In this document: positions 20,550-28,954 of the stretch, piece after piece
Layout: every line of letters begins with the position of its first letter
How positions within the stretch are numbered: the first letter of the stretch is position 1
Virus record (IMG/VR): IMGVR_UViG_3300025084_000007
Span: 32,001-96,000 of that record
Reading direction: 5' to 3' (one strand)
Length of the DNA stretch: 64,000 nucleotides
Source: a virus
Program-made: the position numbers and the translations under genes
The notes under the pieces: generated by a model
The model's database searches: none
What the model was told of the DNA's origin: nothing
What the model saw: only the letters and a program-made list of their open reading frames with translations

Positions 20550-20578
20550 CTGACAACTTGGGTAAATAGTACTATACT
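20550..20578 (+). promoter_or_regulatory. sigma70-like promoter with nested late-like element
   Basis: CTGACA-N17-TATACT with GTAAATA at 20562-20568. Confidence 0.45.
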
Positions 20579-20601
20579 TGTCTCAACAAGGTGGTACTAT
20601 T

Positions 20602-20814
20602 ATGGTTTCATTTTACCTATCCGTTACTATTTTCATTTTGTTTGTAGCGTATGCAGGCACCGAAAATGTAATGAGGTTATTTGCATTCCTAGATTTAGAA
20701 CTGCGTTGGCATTGGGTTATATTCCGTAGTTATTTTATCAGAAGAGATTTAGAAGTTCGACTAGGATTTCCCAAGACAAGTTTTATACAACACTACAAAA
20801 CATATGGAAAGTAA
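20602..20814 (+). CDS. Small membrane protein, hypothetical
   Basis: ATG at 20602; N-terminal hydrophobic helix FYLSVTIFILFVAYAG. Confidence 0.6.
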   Translation: MVSFYLSVTIFILFVAYAGTENVMRLFAFLDLELRWHWVIFRSYFIRRDLEVRLGFPKTSFIQHYKTYGK

Positions 20815-21097
20815 AGAAGTATCAGAATTATCTCTGTCTAGAGTAGAATGTGGAAAATGTGGTGCTATTTGGATTAATGGAAAGCACGTATTCAGTGGAA
20901 CTGCTGCTTCATATGACAATAGTGAACTAGATCTTGCTGGTCTGGTATGTAATAAGTACGGAAATGAGCAATGCATCAACCCAAAGAAAGGGCAAGACGG
21001 AGGACAAACTTGGGAGTATAGATCTGGATTTGTCGATGGTGCAATAAAGGCAAAGAGAGATGCTTTAGATGGACTCAATAACATGATGAATCCCTGA
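20804..21097 (+). CDS. Hypothetical protein with four Cys (CxxC...C...C), possible Zn binding
   Basis: ECGKCGAIWING..DLAGLVCNKYG..CINP. Confidence 0.7.
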   Translation: MESKEVSELSLSRVECGKCGAIWINGKHVFSGTAASYDNSELDLAGLVCNKYGNEQCINPKKGQDGGQTWEYRSGFVDGAIKAKRDALDGLNNMMNP

Positions 21098-21164
21098 CAT
21101 AGACTATTAAATCATAGTTAAATTTTATACTTCATGAGTAAATAGATTCAGTTACTATTTGTTT

Positions 21165-21488
21165 ATGAAGTTTTTTATTACACTTCTTACTGTGATGTTT
21201 TTTGCTGCGCCAGTATGGGCAGTTGACATTAAAATGGGTTCAAACGGGAACTTGATTTTTGATCCATCCGATGTTACAATTGATGCAGGCGATACTGTAC
21301 ATTTTATAAATGACATGTTGCCTCCTCACAACATTATTGTTGAGGGTCGTGCAGATCTTTCCAGAGAATCTTTAATGTTTGCTCCTGGAGAATCTCAAGA
21401 CATTTTGTTTGCTGATGCTGGAGATTACAATTTCTTTTGTGGTCCTCATCAAGGAGCAGGCATGACAGGTATTATTCACGTAAATTAA
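21165..21488 (+). CDS. petE: Plastocyanin
   Basis: Signal peptide ending VWA; Cu ligands PPHN and C-G-P-H-Q-G-A-G-M; ATG at 21165. Confidence 0.95.
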   Translation: MKFFITLLTVMFFAAPVWAVDIKMGSNGNLIFDPSDVTIDAGDTVHFINDMLPPHNIIVEGRADLSRESLMFAPGESQDILFADAGDYNFFCGPHQGAGMTGIIHVN

Positions 21489-21490
21489 TT

Positions 21491-21781
21491 ATGACATACA
21501 ATGTTACTCTCCAGTCTCCTGACGGCACCGAAGCTGTCATTCAATGCGAGGCAGACCAATACATTCTCGAAGCGGCAGAAGAAGCAGGTGTTGATTTACC
21601 TTCTTCGTGTAAAGCAGGGGCTTGTTCAGCGTGCGCTGGCAAACTCGTCTCTGGCACCGTAGATAATGAAGAGCAATCTTTCCTCGATGATGATCAACTT
21701 GAAGACGGGTGGGTTCTCACTTGTGTGGCATATCCTACTAGCGATTGCGTAATTTTAACCGAACAAGAAGAAAATCTATGA
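21491..21781 (+). CDS. petF: Plant-type [2Fe-2S] ferredoxin
   Basis: [13 protein letters not shown]...VLTCVAYP; true start ATG 21491 (MTYNVTL). Confidence 0.96.
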   Translation: MTYNVTLQSPDGTEAVIQCEADQYILEAAEEAGVDLPSSCKAGACSACAGKLVSGTVDNEEQSFLDDDQLEDGWVLTCVAYPTSDCVILTEQEENL

Positions 21782-21909
21782 CCTTCGCCCATGTCTTACT
21801 TTTCGGATCACTACCCTTCATATGTGCCACCATTTATTTCGGGCACAGAAAAGGTGAGAATATCTATTATGAAAGCGACAAGTACGACGGAAATGGAACA
21901 GCGCATTAG
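21778..21909 (+). CDS. ndhP: NDH-1 small subunit NdhP (43 aa, absent from ORF track)
   Basis: Translation [43 protein letters not shown]: one TM helix, FG, then the YxxDxYxGNG(S/T)AH C-terminus of NdhP; ATGA-coupled to petF. Confidence 0.85.
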   Translation: MTFAHVLLFGSLPFICATIYFGHRKGENIYYESDKYDGNGTAH

Positions 21910-22099
21910 AATGAGATATGCGTTTGCAATGTCCTCCTTTGGGAGGATGTTTCGACCAGATCATATTACACTGGAGATGAGAGATCTTTGTAATGAATGG
22001 TCTCAGATTGAAGAGCAACCACCTCAGGGAGATTTATATCTGGTCGATAGATATTTCTTAGAACTTTGGAAAGCATGGTTATTGAAATCAGCATCATAA
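21893..22099 (+). CDS. Hypothetical protein following ndhP
   Basis: [20 protein letters not shown]...VDRYFLELW; start moved to 21893 because the upstream part of the track ORF overlaps ndhP. Confidence 0.6.
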   Translation: MEQRIRMRYAFAMSSFGRMFRPDHITLEMRDLCNEWSQIEEQPPQGDLYLVDRYFLELWKAWLLKSAS

Positions 22100-22155
22100 T
22101 AATCTATTGTTTATTTGGATTATTTCTATTCATCCTATCGGTTTTACAAGAATGA
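22075..22155 (+). CDS. 26-aa single-TM micropeptide
   Basis: MVIEISIIIIYCLFGLFLFILSVLQE; stop overlaps next ATG (ATGA). Confidence 0.45.
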   Translation: MVIEISIIIIYCLFGLFLFILSVLQE

Positions 22156-22304
22156 TGTTACAGTTTGCTAGATTTTGCGGAACAGTATTAAACAATCCTT
22201 GGGGAGTTGGAGTCTTGGCATGGTGCCTAGTCTTCGTCCCCATTATTGGTATGTGGGCAGTACATAAATACGATTGGCAACATTGGGAACCATTCCACAA
22301 ATGA
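22152..22304 (+). CDS. 50-aa single-TM peptide
   Basis: MMLQFARFCGTVLNNPWGVGVLAWCLVFVPIIGMWAVHKYDWQHWEPFHK; ATGA coupling on both sides. Confidence 0.6.
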   Translation: MMLQFARFCGTVLNNPWGVGVLAWCLVFVPIIGMWAVHKYDWQHWEPFHK

Positions 22305-22399
22305 GTTTGTTTATTGTATTTGGTCTGCTAATACCACTCTCTTTAATCCTTATAGTGATGAAACTGTCTCTCTGGATTAAATCTATAAATGATGAATAA
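22301..22399 (+). CDS. 32-aa single-TM micropeptide
   Basis: MSLFIVFGLLIPLSLILIVMKLSLWIKSINDE; ATGA and TAATG coupling. Confidence 0.5.
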   Translation: MSLFIVFGLLIPLSLILIVMKLSLWIKSINDE

Positions 22400-22608
22400 T
22401 GAATTTACTATTACGTCCTCTTGAGAATGCCAATGACCCTGTGTGGTCTGTAATCATATGTGTGATACTTGCTGTTGCAGGTGCATTGTTTGTAGTTGTA
22501 TACATACTAAGAGAAGCATTTGCAGAATTAGAAGATGGGCGCAATGACACCACCGAGCAGAAAGAGCTGCTACAACTTCCGAGTGACGGAGATCAACCGT
22601 GTCCTTGA
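22399..22608 (+). CDS. Single-TM protein, NdhQ-like pattern
   Basis: ENANDPVWSVIICVILAVAGALFVVVYILREAFA; TAATG-coupled. Confidence 0.55.
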   Translation: MNLLLRPLENANDPVWSVIICVILAVAGALFVVVYILREAFAELEDGRNDTTEQKELLQLPSDGDQPCP

Positions 22609-22996
22609 TGGTGATACTATTGATGTTACTATCGACCTCGGGTTTGATCTATACAAGAAAGAAAGAGTTAGAGTTGCAGGCGTTGATACGCCAGAAAAGA
22701 GGACGCGAAACCTAGAGGAGAAAGCACTTGGAATCGACGCAACCAACTGGCTCAAAGAGAAACTGGAATCGACTATCGCTGGTGATGATGAGTTGTCTGT
22801 TAGGACTGAACTTGTTGGTGGGGTTGGCAAATATGGGCGTCTTCTTGGCTGGTTATACATTGGGGACGAGTCAGTGTCGCTCAACGAGCAAATGATCGAA
22901 GAGGGTTATGCTCATGCCTATGATGGAGGCACTAAGGATATGAATCTCGAAGCACTGAAAGAGATTCGTCGTGAGCACGGCACATTAGTAGAGTAA
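22535..22996 (+). CDS. Thermonuclease (SNase-like) nuclease
   Basis: RVLDGDTIDV, RVRVAGVDTPE, GKYGRLLG and LNEQMIEEGYA motifs. Confidence 0.88.
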   Translation: MGAMTPPSRKSCYNFRVTEINRVLDGDTIDVTIDLGFDLYKKERVRVAGVDTPEKRTRNLEEKALGIDATNWLKEKLESTIAGDDELSVRTELVGGVGKYGRLLGWLYIGDESVSLNEQMIEEGYAHAYDGGTKDMNLEALKEIRREHGTLVE

Positions 22997-22999
22997 TAA

Positions 23000-23007
23000 T
23001 ATAAATA
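23000..23007 (+). promoter_or_regulatory. Late promoter TATAAATA
   Basis: Perfect T4 late consensus upstream of the Gly-rich gene. Confidence 0.8.
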
Positions 23008-23034
23008 CCTTGGAGAAGTCCCAGGTTTATTTGC

Positions 23035-24096
23035 ATGTCGGAATTAAATGTAGGAACAATTAATGCTACTAATGTCAACACTTCTAATGTAAGTGCTACG
23101 AGTGACGTTGATGTTGATGGGGACTTTACTATTCCCAATAAGACTAATAGTACTCGTCCATCAGCACCTCCTACAGGTACAGTTATTCATAACACCGAAG
23201 AGGATAAGCAGCAAGTTTATAATGGTACTGAATGGAAAACTATTGGTGGAGATATAGTTGCTACCCAATATAAGATTCAATGCTGGGGTGCTGGTGGTGG
23301 CGGTGGAACTAGTGGTGGATGGAGTTATGGTGCCGAAGGTGGCGGTGGTGGATATATTGAAGCAAATGTATCGGGACTGACGTCAGGAAACACTCTTTAC
23401 ATTCGTGTCGGTGAAGGTGGATTAGTTAATGGTACTCGTATGTCGTATGGTGGTGGCGGTGAAGCAAACCGCGCTGGTGGTGATAATAGGTATGGTTCTA
23501 ATGGTGGTGGTGCAACTGGGGTATTCCTTGGATCTGTAGCTCATGGTAATACAATACTGATTGCTGGTGGTGGAGGTGGCGGCGGATCATCCAGAAACCA
23601 AGAGGGTAATATTGGTGGTGCTGGTGGTGGTCCTACTGGTCAAGATGGCGTTTCTGCTTATGATGATAAGTGGCAATATCGTGGCAGAGGTGGTGGAGCA
23701 ACTGAAGGTGGTAGAAATAACCAGCAGGGAGCTTCGTATTCAGCTCAAGCATTAGAGGGAGGATCTGCTGCATCTAATGGTTATGGTGGCGCTGGTGGCG
23801 GAGGATATTATGGCGGCAGTGCTGGAGGTTACTCTGAACAGCACACAATGGCAGGTGGTGGCGGTGGATCTGGATATGCAGATTCCACATATTGTAATGA
23901 TGTGCGAAACTATCGTGGAGAATATCGTATGCCAGCTGGTGCTGGTGAAGCTGGATATCCTGGTGGTGGTCTTTCATTTGGCGGTAATTCTAATGCATCT
24001 GCTGGTGGTCATGGATACTGTAGAATTACAGATGCTAATGGGACAGTAACAACTTATACATATACAGGTTCGGATGTAACTATAACAGTACCATGA
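23035..24096 (+). CDS. Glycine-rich domain protein (probable virion/adhesin)
   Basis: N-terminal fibre-like GTVIHNT..VYNGTEW, then WGAGGGGG, IAGGGGGGG and GGGGYYGG polyglycine motifs. Confidence 0.8.
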   Translation: MSELNVGTINATNVNTSNVSATSDVDVDGDFTIPNKTNSTRPSAPPTGTVIHNTEEDKQQVYNGTEWKTIGGDIVATQYKIQCWGAGGGGGTSGGWSYGAEGGGGGYIEANVSGLTSGNTLYIRVGEGGLVNGTRMSYGGGGEANRAGGDNRYGSNGGGATGVFLGSVAHGNTILIAGGGGGGGSSRNQEGNIGGAGGGPTGQDGVSAYDDKWQYRGRGGGATEGGRNNQQGASYSAQALEGGSAASNGYGGAGGGGYYGGSAGGYSEQHTMAGGGGGSGYADSTYCNDVRNYRGEYRMPAGAGEAGYPGGGLSFGGNSNASAGGHGYCRITDANGTVTTYTYTGSDVTITVP

Positions 24097-24266
24097 TCTT
24101 TGACTTGAGTGTGGATGACTATGCAATCATCCTAAATGCATTACATTACTATAAAAAAACTGAGAAGAAAGGTAATTTCAAACAGTATAATGAGGAGAGA
24201 ATAAATAAATTAAGGGATAAAATGGCGTATCAACTTATCCCTAGTCCTGAAAGTGAACCGACATAA
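24093..24266 (+). CDS. 57-aa hypothetical protein (absent from ORF track)
   Basis: MIFDLSVDDYAIILNALHYYKK...; ATGA and TAATG coupling fill the gap to gp17. Confidence 0.55.
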   Translation: MIFDLSVDDYAIILNALHYYKKTEKKGNFKQYNEERINKLRDKMAYQLIPSPESEPT

Positions 24267-25915
24267 TGAGTACCTCTGACGTATATCTTGGTAATCCCAA
24301 TCTAAAGAAAGCGAATATTGCTCAGGAGTTTTCTCCTGAGGAAGTAGAAGAATATTTAAAATGTGCAGATGATCCCGTACATTTTATTCTTAATTATATC
24401 AAGATCGTTTCTCTAGATGATGGTGTCATACCTTTTACTATGTACGACTTTCAAGTCGATATGGTAAAGAGTTTTCATGACAATAGATTTAATATTGCCA
24501 AGTTGCCTCGGCAGTCTGGTAAGTCTACTATCGTTACAGCATATCTTCTTTGGTATGTTCTATTCAATCCCAATGTTAATGTAGCAATCCTCGCAAACAA
24601 AGCAGCGACTGCTCGTGAGATGTTAGGTCGCTTGCAACTTAGTTATGAAAATCTTCCCAAATGGCTCCAGCAAGGTATCCTCCAATGGAACAGGGGATCA
24701 TTGGAACTGGAGAATGGCAGTAAAATTCTGGCTGCATCTACTTCCGCTAGTGCCGTCAGGGGCATGTCTTTTAATGTCATTTTTCTGGACGAATTCGCGT
24801 TTGTTCCGAACCATATTGCTGACCAGTTCTTTTCATCTGTGTATCCTACTGTATCTTCTGGTAAGTCTACAAAGGTAATTATCATCTCCACGCCACATGG
24901 GATGAACATGTTCTATAAGTTGTGGCATGATGCAGAAAAAGGCAAGAACGAATATCTCCCAACTGAAGTACATTGGTCACAAGTTCCTGGTAGAGATGCT
25001 GCATGGAAAGAGCAGACTATTAAGAACACCTCAGAGCAGCAGTTCAAGGTTGAGTTTGAGTGTGAGTTTCTTGGTTCTGTTGATACACTGATTAGTCCTA
25101 CTAAGTTAAGGACTATGCCATATGTAGATCCTATAGCACAAAATAAGGGACTTGCAATTTATGAGAGAGTGATTCCAGAGCATAACTATATTATTACGGT
25201 TGACGTTGCTAGAGGAACATCTAATGATTACAGTGCATTTGTTGTAGTAGATACGACAACTATGCCATATAAAGTAGTTGCAAGATATAGAAATAACGAG
25301 ATCAAACCTATCATTTTTCCCAACATCATTATTGATGTTGCAAGAAATTATAATCAAGCATATATTCTATGTGAGGTAAATGATATTGGTGGGCAAGTAG
25401 CAGATATTATTCAGTTTGATTTAGAGTACGAAAACCTTTTAATGGCAGCAATGCGTGGTCGTGCTGGACAACAATTAGGTCAAGGGTTCTCTGGTAAGAA
25501 GACACAACTAGGTGTCAAGATGTCTAGTGCTGTTAAGCAGGTTGGATGTTCTAACCTCAAAGCATTGATTGAAGAGGATAAACTTATCATTCCTGATTAT
25601 GAAACCATTGCCGAATTGACTACCTTTATTGTCAAGGGACAGTCGTTTGCTGCAGAAGATGGTTGTAATGATGACCTTGCTATGTGTTTGGTTATTTTTG
25701 CCTGGATGGCAATGCAAGAGTATTTCAAACAGATGCATGATAATGATGTGAGGCAACGCATCTATGATGATCAGAGAGAATCGATTGAACAAGATATGTC
25801 ACCATTCGGTTTTATTAGTGATGGTATGGAAGATGAATACTTTGCGGATGCACAGGGAGATGTTTGGCAGGTTGCGGAATATGGGGATAAGTCTTATATG
25901 TGGGAGTTTAGGTAA
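24266..25915 (+). CDS. gp17: Terminase large subunit gp17
   Basis: Walker A PRQSGKST, Walker B FLDEFAF, ISTPHG and nuclease DDLAM motifs. Confidence 0.97.
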   Translation: MSTSDVYLGNPNLKKANIAQEFSPEEVEEYLKCADDPVHFILNYIKIVSLDDGVIPFTMYDFQVDMVKSFHDNRFNIAKLPRQSGKSTIVTAYLLWYVLFNPNVNVAILANKAATAREMLGRLQLSYENLPKWLQQGILQWNRGSLELENGSKILAASTSASAVRGMSFNVIFLDEFAFVPNHIADQFFSSVYPTVSSGKSTKVIIISTPHGMNMFYKLWHDAEKGKNEYLPTEVHWSQVPGRDAAWKEQTIKNTSEQQFKVEFECEFLGSVDTLISPTKLRTMPYVDPIAQNKGLAIYERVIPEHNYIITVDVARGTSNDYSAFVVVDTTTMPYKVVARYRNNEIKPIIFPNIIIDVARNYNQAYILCEVNDIGGQVADIIQFDLEYENLLMAAMRGRAGQQLGQGFSGKKTQLGVKMSSAVKQVGCSNLKALIEEDKLIIPDYETIAELTTFIVKGQSFAAEDGCNDDLAMCLVIFAWMAMQEYFKQMHDNDVRQRIYDDQRESIEQDMSPFGFISDGMEDEYFADAQGDVWQVAEYGDKSYMWEFR

Positions 25916-25926
25916 GGATCCAAAAA

Positions 25927-25934
25927 TATAAATA
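25927..25934 (+). promoter_or_regulatory. Late promoter TATAAATA
   Basis: Perfect consensus upstream of gp18; RBS AGGAG follows. Confidence 0.85.
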
Positions 25935-25978
25935 ATCCTAGACAACCGATGTTGGAATTAATCTAGGAGACTTAAACA

Positions 25979-28231
25979 ATGGCAGTCAATCAATCCTCGC
26001 CAGGGGTAGTCATTCAGGAAAGAGACCTGACGACAATCACTTCACTATCAAGCGCAAACGTTGGAGTTCTTGCAGCACCATTTGAACTTGGTCCAGTAGA
26101 AGAGATTGTAAACATCTCTACCGAAAGAGAATTAGTTGAGCAATTTGGTAAGCCAAATGACTACAACTACGAGTACTGGTACACTGCTGCTCAGTATTTG
26201 AACTACGGTGGCATCCTTAAGACCGTTCGTGTCAACTCGACCGCTTTGAAAAATGCAGTTGATACAGGTTCTGCTCCCCTGATTAAAAATCTTACAGATT
26301 ATGAAACCACTATTGAAAATGCAAACAACACTTGGTCTTGGGCAGCAAAAACTGCAGGAACCAAAGGTAATTCTATCGGTGTCTTCGTAACTGATGCTGG
26401 TGCTGACCAGATTGCAGTTATTCCTGCTCCAGGTTCAGGTAATGAGTTTGAGTTTGTTAACGACGCTGCAGTAACTGCTGCTTCTGGTGCTGCTGGTAAA
26501 GTCTTCAAGTATAGTATTGTATTAACTGTCACATCTGTTGTTGGCGACTTCGTTCCTGGCACTAGTACAACTGTTGCCATTTCTGGTTCTAACGAGACTG
26601 TTAATGTTCTTGCTTGGGATCCTGCTAACAAAAAACTGGAAATCGGTCTTCCTGCTGGTGGTGTAACTGGTATCATTGCTGATGCACAAGTTGTAACTCA
26701 GGGCACTAATACTGCTGAAGTTGCTACTGCTGGCATCGAACGCAGATTGTATGTTGCCAAGAATAAGGATAGCATCGACTTTGCTGCTGCAGATAGCATC
26801 GAAGATACAAACAGCAACGCTGCTGTTATTACTTCCGTTCGTGGTGAGTATGATGAGCGTGAGTATCTGCCTGGTGTAAAGTGGATCAACACTGCTGCTC
26901 GTCCTGGTACTTCCCAGTGGACAACTACTGCTGGTGGTTTCCGTGATGAGATGCACGTCTTAGTTATTGACATTGACGGTGCTATCACAGGAACAGCAGG
27001 TGCTCTTCTTGAGCGTTTCATTGGTGTTTCCAAAGCATCGGATGCCAAAACTTCTGTTGGTGAGACCAACTATTATGCAGAAGTTATCAAGCAGCGTTCA
27101 GCGTATATCTACTGGGGTGAGCACGAGACCACATTGTTCTCTGCAGGCGCAAGTGCTTCCGATGGTACTTGGGGTTTAGCAGCATCTTCTCGTCAGTTTA
27201 ATCTGGTGCGTTCCGTTGCTGGTACAACAGACTATCCTGCTGGTCGCACAACAATTGGTTCTGCTAGCAATGCTACCGCATACTATCGTCTTGCCAATGG
27301 TGCTGACTATACACTATCTGGTGGTACATATTCAGTCGCCAACAGCGATCTTGCTACTTCATACGAATTAATTGCTGATCCAGAATCACAGACTGTTGAC
27401 TTCATCTTGGCAGGTCCTTCTGGTGCTGATGATCCCTCCGCTATTGCCAAGGTTACTTCATTGGTTAATATCGTTGAAGAGCGTCGTGACTGCATGGTAT
27501 TTGTTTCTCCTCGTAGAGGAAATGTCATTGGAGTTTCTAACTCTACAACTGCAACATCAAATATCATCGATTTCTTCGATCAACTGCCTTCCTCCTCTTA
27601 CGCAGTATATGATTCTGGTTATAAGTACATCTACGATAAGTACAATGATGTTTATCGTTATGTCCCTTGTAACGGTGACGTTGCTGGTCTTTGCTTACAG
27701 ACAACTGAAGTCGCAGAACCTTGGTTCTCACCTGCTGGTTTCCAGCGTGGTAACTTGAGAAATGCAATCAAACTTGCATATACTCCTAACAAGACTCAAC
27801 GCGACCGTTTGTATTCTGCTCGTGTCAATCCGATCGTTTCTTTCCCTGGTCAGGGCGTAGTTCTTTACGGTGATAAGACTGCACAAGGTTTCGCTTCTGC
27901 ATTCGATCGTATCAATGTTCGTCGCTTGTTCCTCACGATTGAGCGTGTAATCAGCGGTGCTGCTAAGGCACAACTGTTTGAACAGAACGATGAGTCACAA
28001 CGCGCATTGTTCCTGAACATTGTCGAACCTTATCTTCGCGATGTTCAAGGTCGTCGTGGTGTAACTGACTTCTTGGTTAAGTGCGACACTCAGAACAATC
28101 CTCCCGAATCTGTTGATCGCGGTGAGTTCTATGCTGAGATCTTCGTCAAGCCCACACGCACTATTAACTACATCACACTAACATTCGTTGCCACCAGAAC
28201 TGGTGTTGCATTCAACGAAGTTGCTTCCTGA
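25979..28231 (+). CDS. gp18: Tail sheath protein gp18
   Basis: SPGVVIQERDLT, WFSPAG, GDKT and FDRINVRRLF motifs. Confidence 0.96.
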   Translation: MAVNQSSPGVVIQERDLTTITSLSSANVGVLAAPFELGPVEEIVNISTERELVEQFGKPNDYNYEYWYTAAQYLNYGGILKTVRVNSTALKNAVDTGSAPLIKNLTDYETTIENANNTWSWAAKTAGTKGNSIGVFVTDAGADQIAVIPAPGSGNEFEFVNDAAVTAASGAAGKVFKYSIVLTVTSVVGDFVPGTSTTVAISGSNETVNVLAWDPANKKLEIGLPAGGVTGIIADAQVVTQGTNTAEVATAGIERRLYVAKNKDSIDFAAADSIEDTNSNAAVITSVRGEYDEREYLPGVKWINTAARPGTSQWTTTAGGFRDEMHVLVIDIDGAITGTAGALLERFIGVSKASDAKTSVGETNYYAEVIKQRSAYIYWGEHETTLFSAGASASDGTWGLAASSRQFNLVRSVAGTTDYPAGRTTIGSASNATAYYRLANGADYTLSGGTYSVANSDLATSYELIADPESQTVDFILAGPSGADDPSAIAKVTSLVNIVEERRDCMVFVSPRRGNVIGVSNSTTATSNIIDFFDQLPSSSYAVYDSGYKYIYDKYNDVYRYVPCNGDVAGLCLQTTEVAEPWFSPAGFQRGNLRNAIKLAYTPNKTQRDRLYSARVNPIVSFPGQGVVLYGDKTAQGFASAFDRINVRRLFLTIERVISGAAKAQLFEQNDESQRALFLNIVEPYLRDVQGRRGVTDFLVKCDTQNNPPESVDRGEFYAEIFVKPTRTINYITLTFVATRTGVAFNEVAS

Positions 28232-28248
28232 TAATAGTTAACATAACT

Positions 28249-28275
28249 AAGAGACCTTACGGGGTCTCTTTTTTT
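28249..28275 (+). terminator. Rho-independent terminator
   Basis: AAGAGACCT-TACG-GGGTCTCTT followed by a T run. Confidence 0.88.
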
Positions 28276-28295
28276 GTCTGAAAATATGATTTGTA

Positions 28296-28302
28296 ATAAA
28301 TA
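28296..28302 (+). promoter_or_regulatory. Late promoter (ATAAATA)
   Basis: Upstream of gp19. Confidence 0.7.
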
Positions 28303-28333
28303 CTAGGGACAGAGACACCTGAGCAAAAAAACA

Positions 28334-28909
28334 ATGGCAAAAAGAGGAACTATTGACGATTTTAAAGCAAATGTCGCTTCGGACTTTGCGCGTCCTAATC
28401 TATTCCAAGTAGACTTAAACTTCCCACAAGGAATCATTAACAATTCTAGTCTGATTGAACTTGGTAAGTTCACTGTTCGTGCAGCGAATCTTCCCTCTTC
28501 CCAGATCGGTGTTATTGAAGTTCCTTTCAGAGGAAGAGTCCTGAAGATTGCAGGCGACAGAACGTTTGAACCATGGACCATTACCGTTCAGAACGATAGT
28601 CAGTTTGTTCTGCGTGATGCATTTGAACTTTGGGCATCCAGCATTCAAGCATACAACGAAAACTTCACTCAAGCAGGTGGTCTCGGAGATGCTGATGATG
28701 CTACTGGATACTTCGCTGACATGACTGTTCATCAGTTAGCACGCGATATCAAAGATGGAGAGTCCCCCAAGATTCTTAAGTCTTACAGATTCTACAATGT
28801 ATTCCCAAGTGCAATCGCTGCTATCGATCTTGACTTCGGTAACAACGATGCTATTGAAGAGTTCACTGTTGAACTTCAGACTCAGTACTGGACTCCTGTA
28901 CAGGGTTGA
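28334..28909 (+). CDS. gp19: Tail tube protein gp19
   Basis: ARPNLFQV, FRGRVLKIAGDRTFEPWTIT and IEEFTVE motifs. Confidence 0.96.
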   Translation: MAKRGTIDDFKANVASDFARPNLFQVDLNFPQGIINNSSLIELGKFTVRAANLPSSQIGVIEVPFRGRVLKIAGDRTFEPWTITVQNDSQFVLRDAFELWASSIQAYNENFTQAGGLGDADDATGYFADMTVHQLARDIKDGESPKILKSYRFYNVFPSAIAAIDLDFGNNDAIEEFTVELQTQYWTPVQG

Positions 28910-28920
28910 TTGAATCCTTG

Positions 28921-28927
28921 ATAAATA
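28921..28927 (+). promoter_or_regulatory. Late promoter (ATAAATA)
   Basis: Upstream of gp20. Confidence 0.7.
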
Positions 28928-28954
28928 GAACAGGACCAGTTACTTAGAAATATA

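Noticed and set aside
21106-21126. TTAAAT direct repeat with 11-nt period upstream of petE as a Pho box
   Set aside because: Poor match to the PyTTAAPyPy(T/A) consensus in very AT-rich DNA; only two units; no phosphate genes nearby
21791-21892. N-terminal part of the 102-aa track ORF, and the 21437 extension of petF
   Set aside because: 21778-21909 encodes a recognisable NdhP in another frame, and the petF extension overlaps petE; true starts are probably 21893 and 21491
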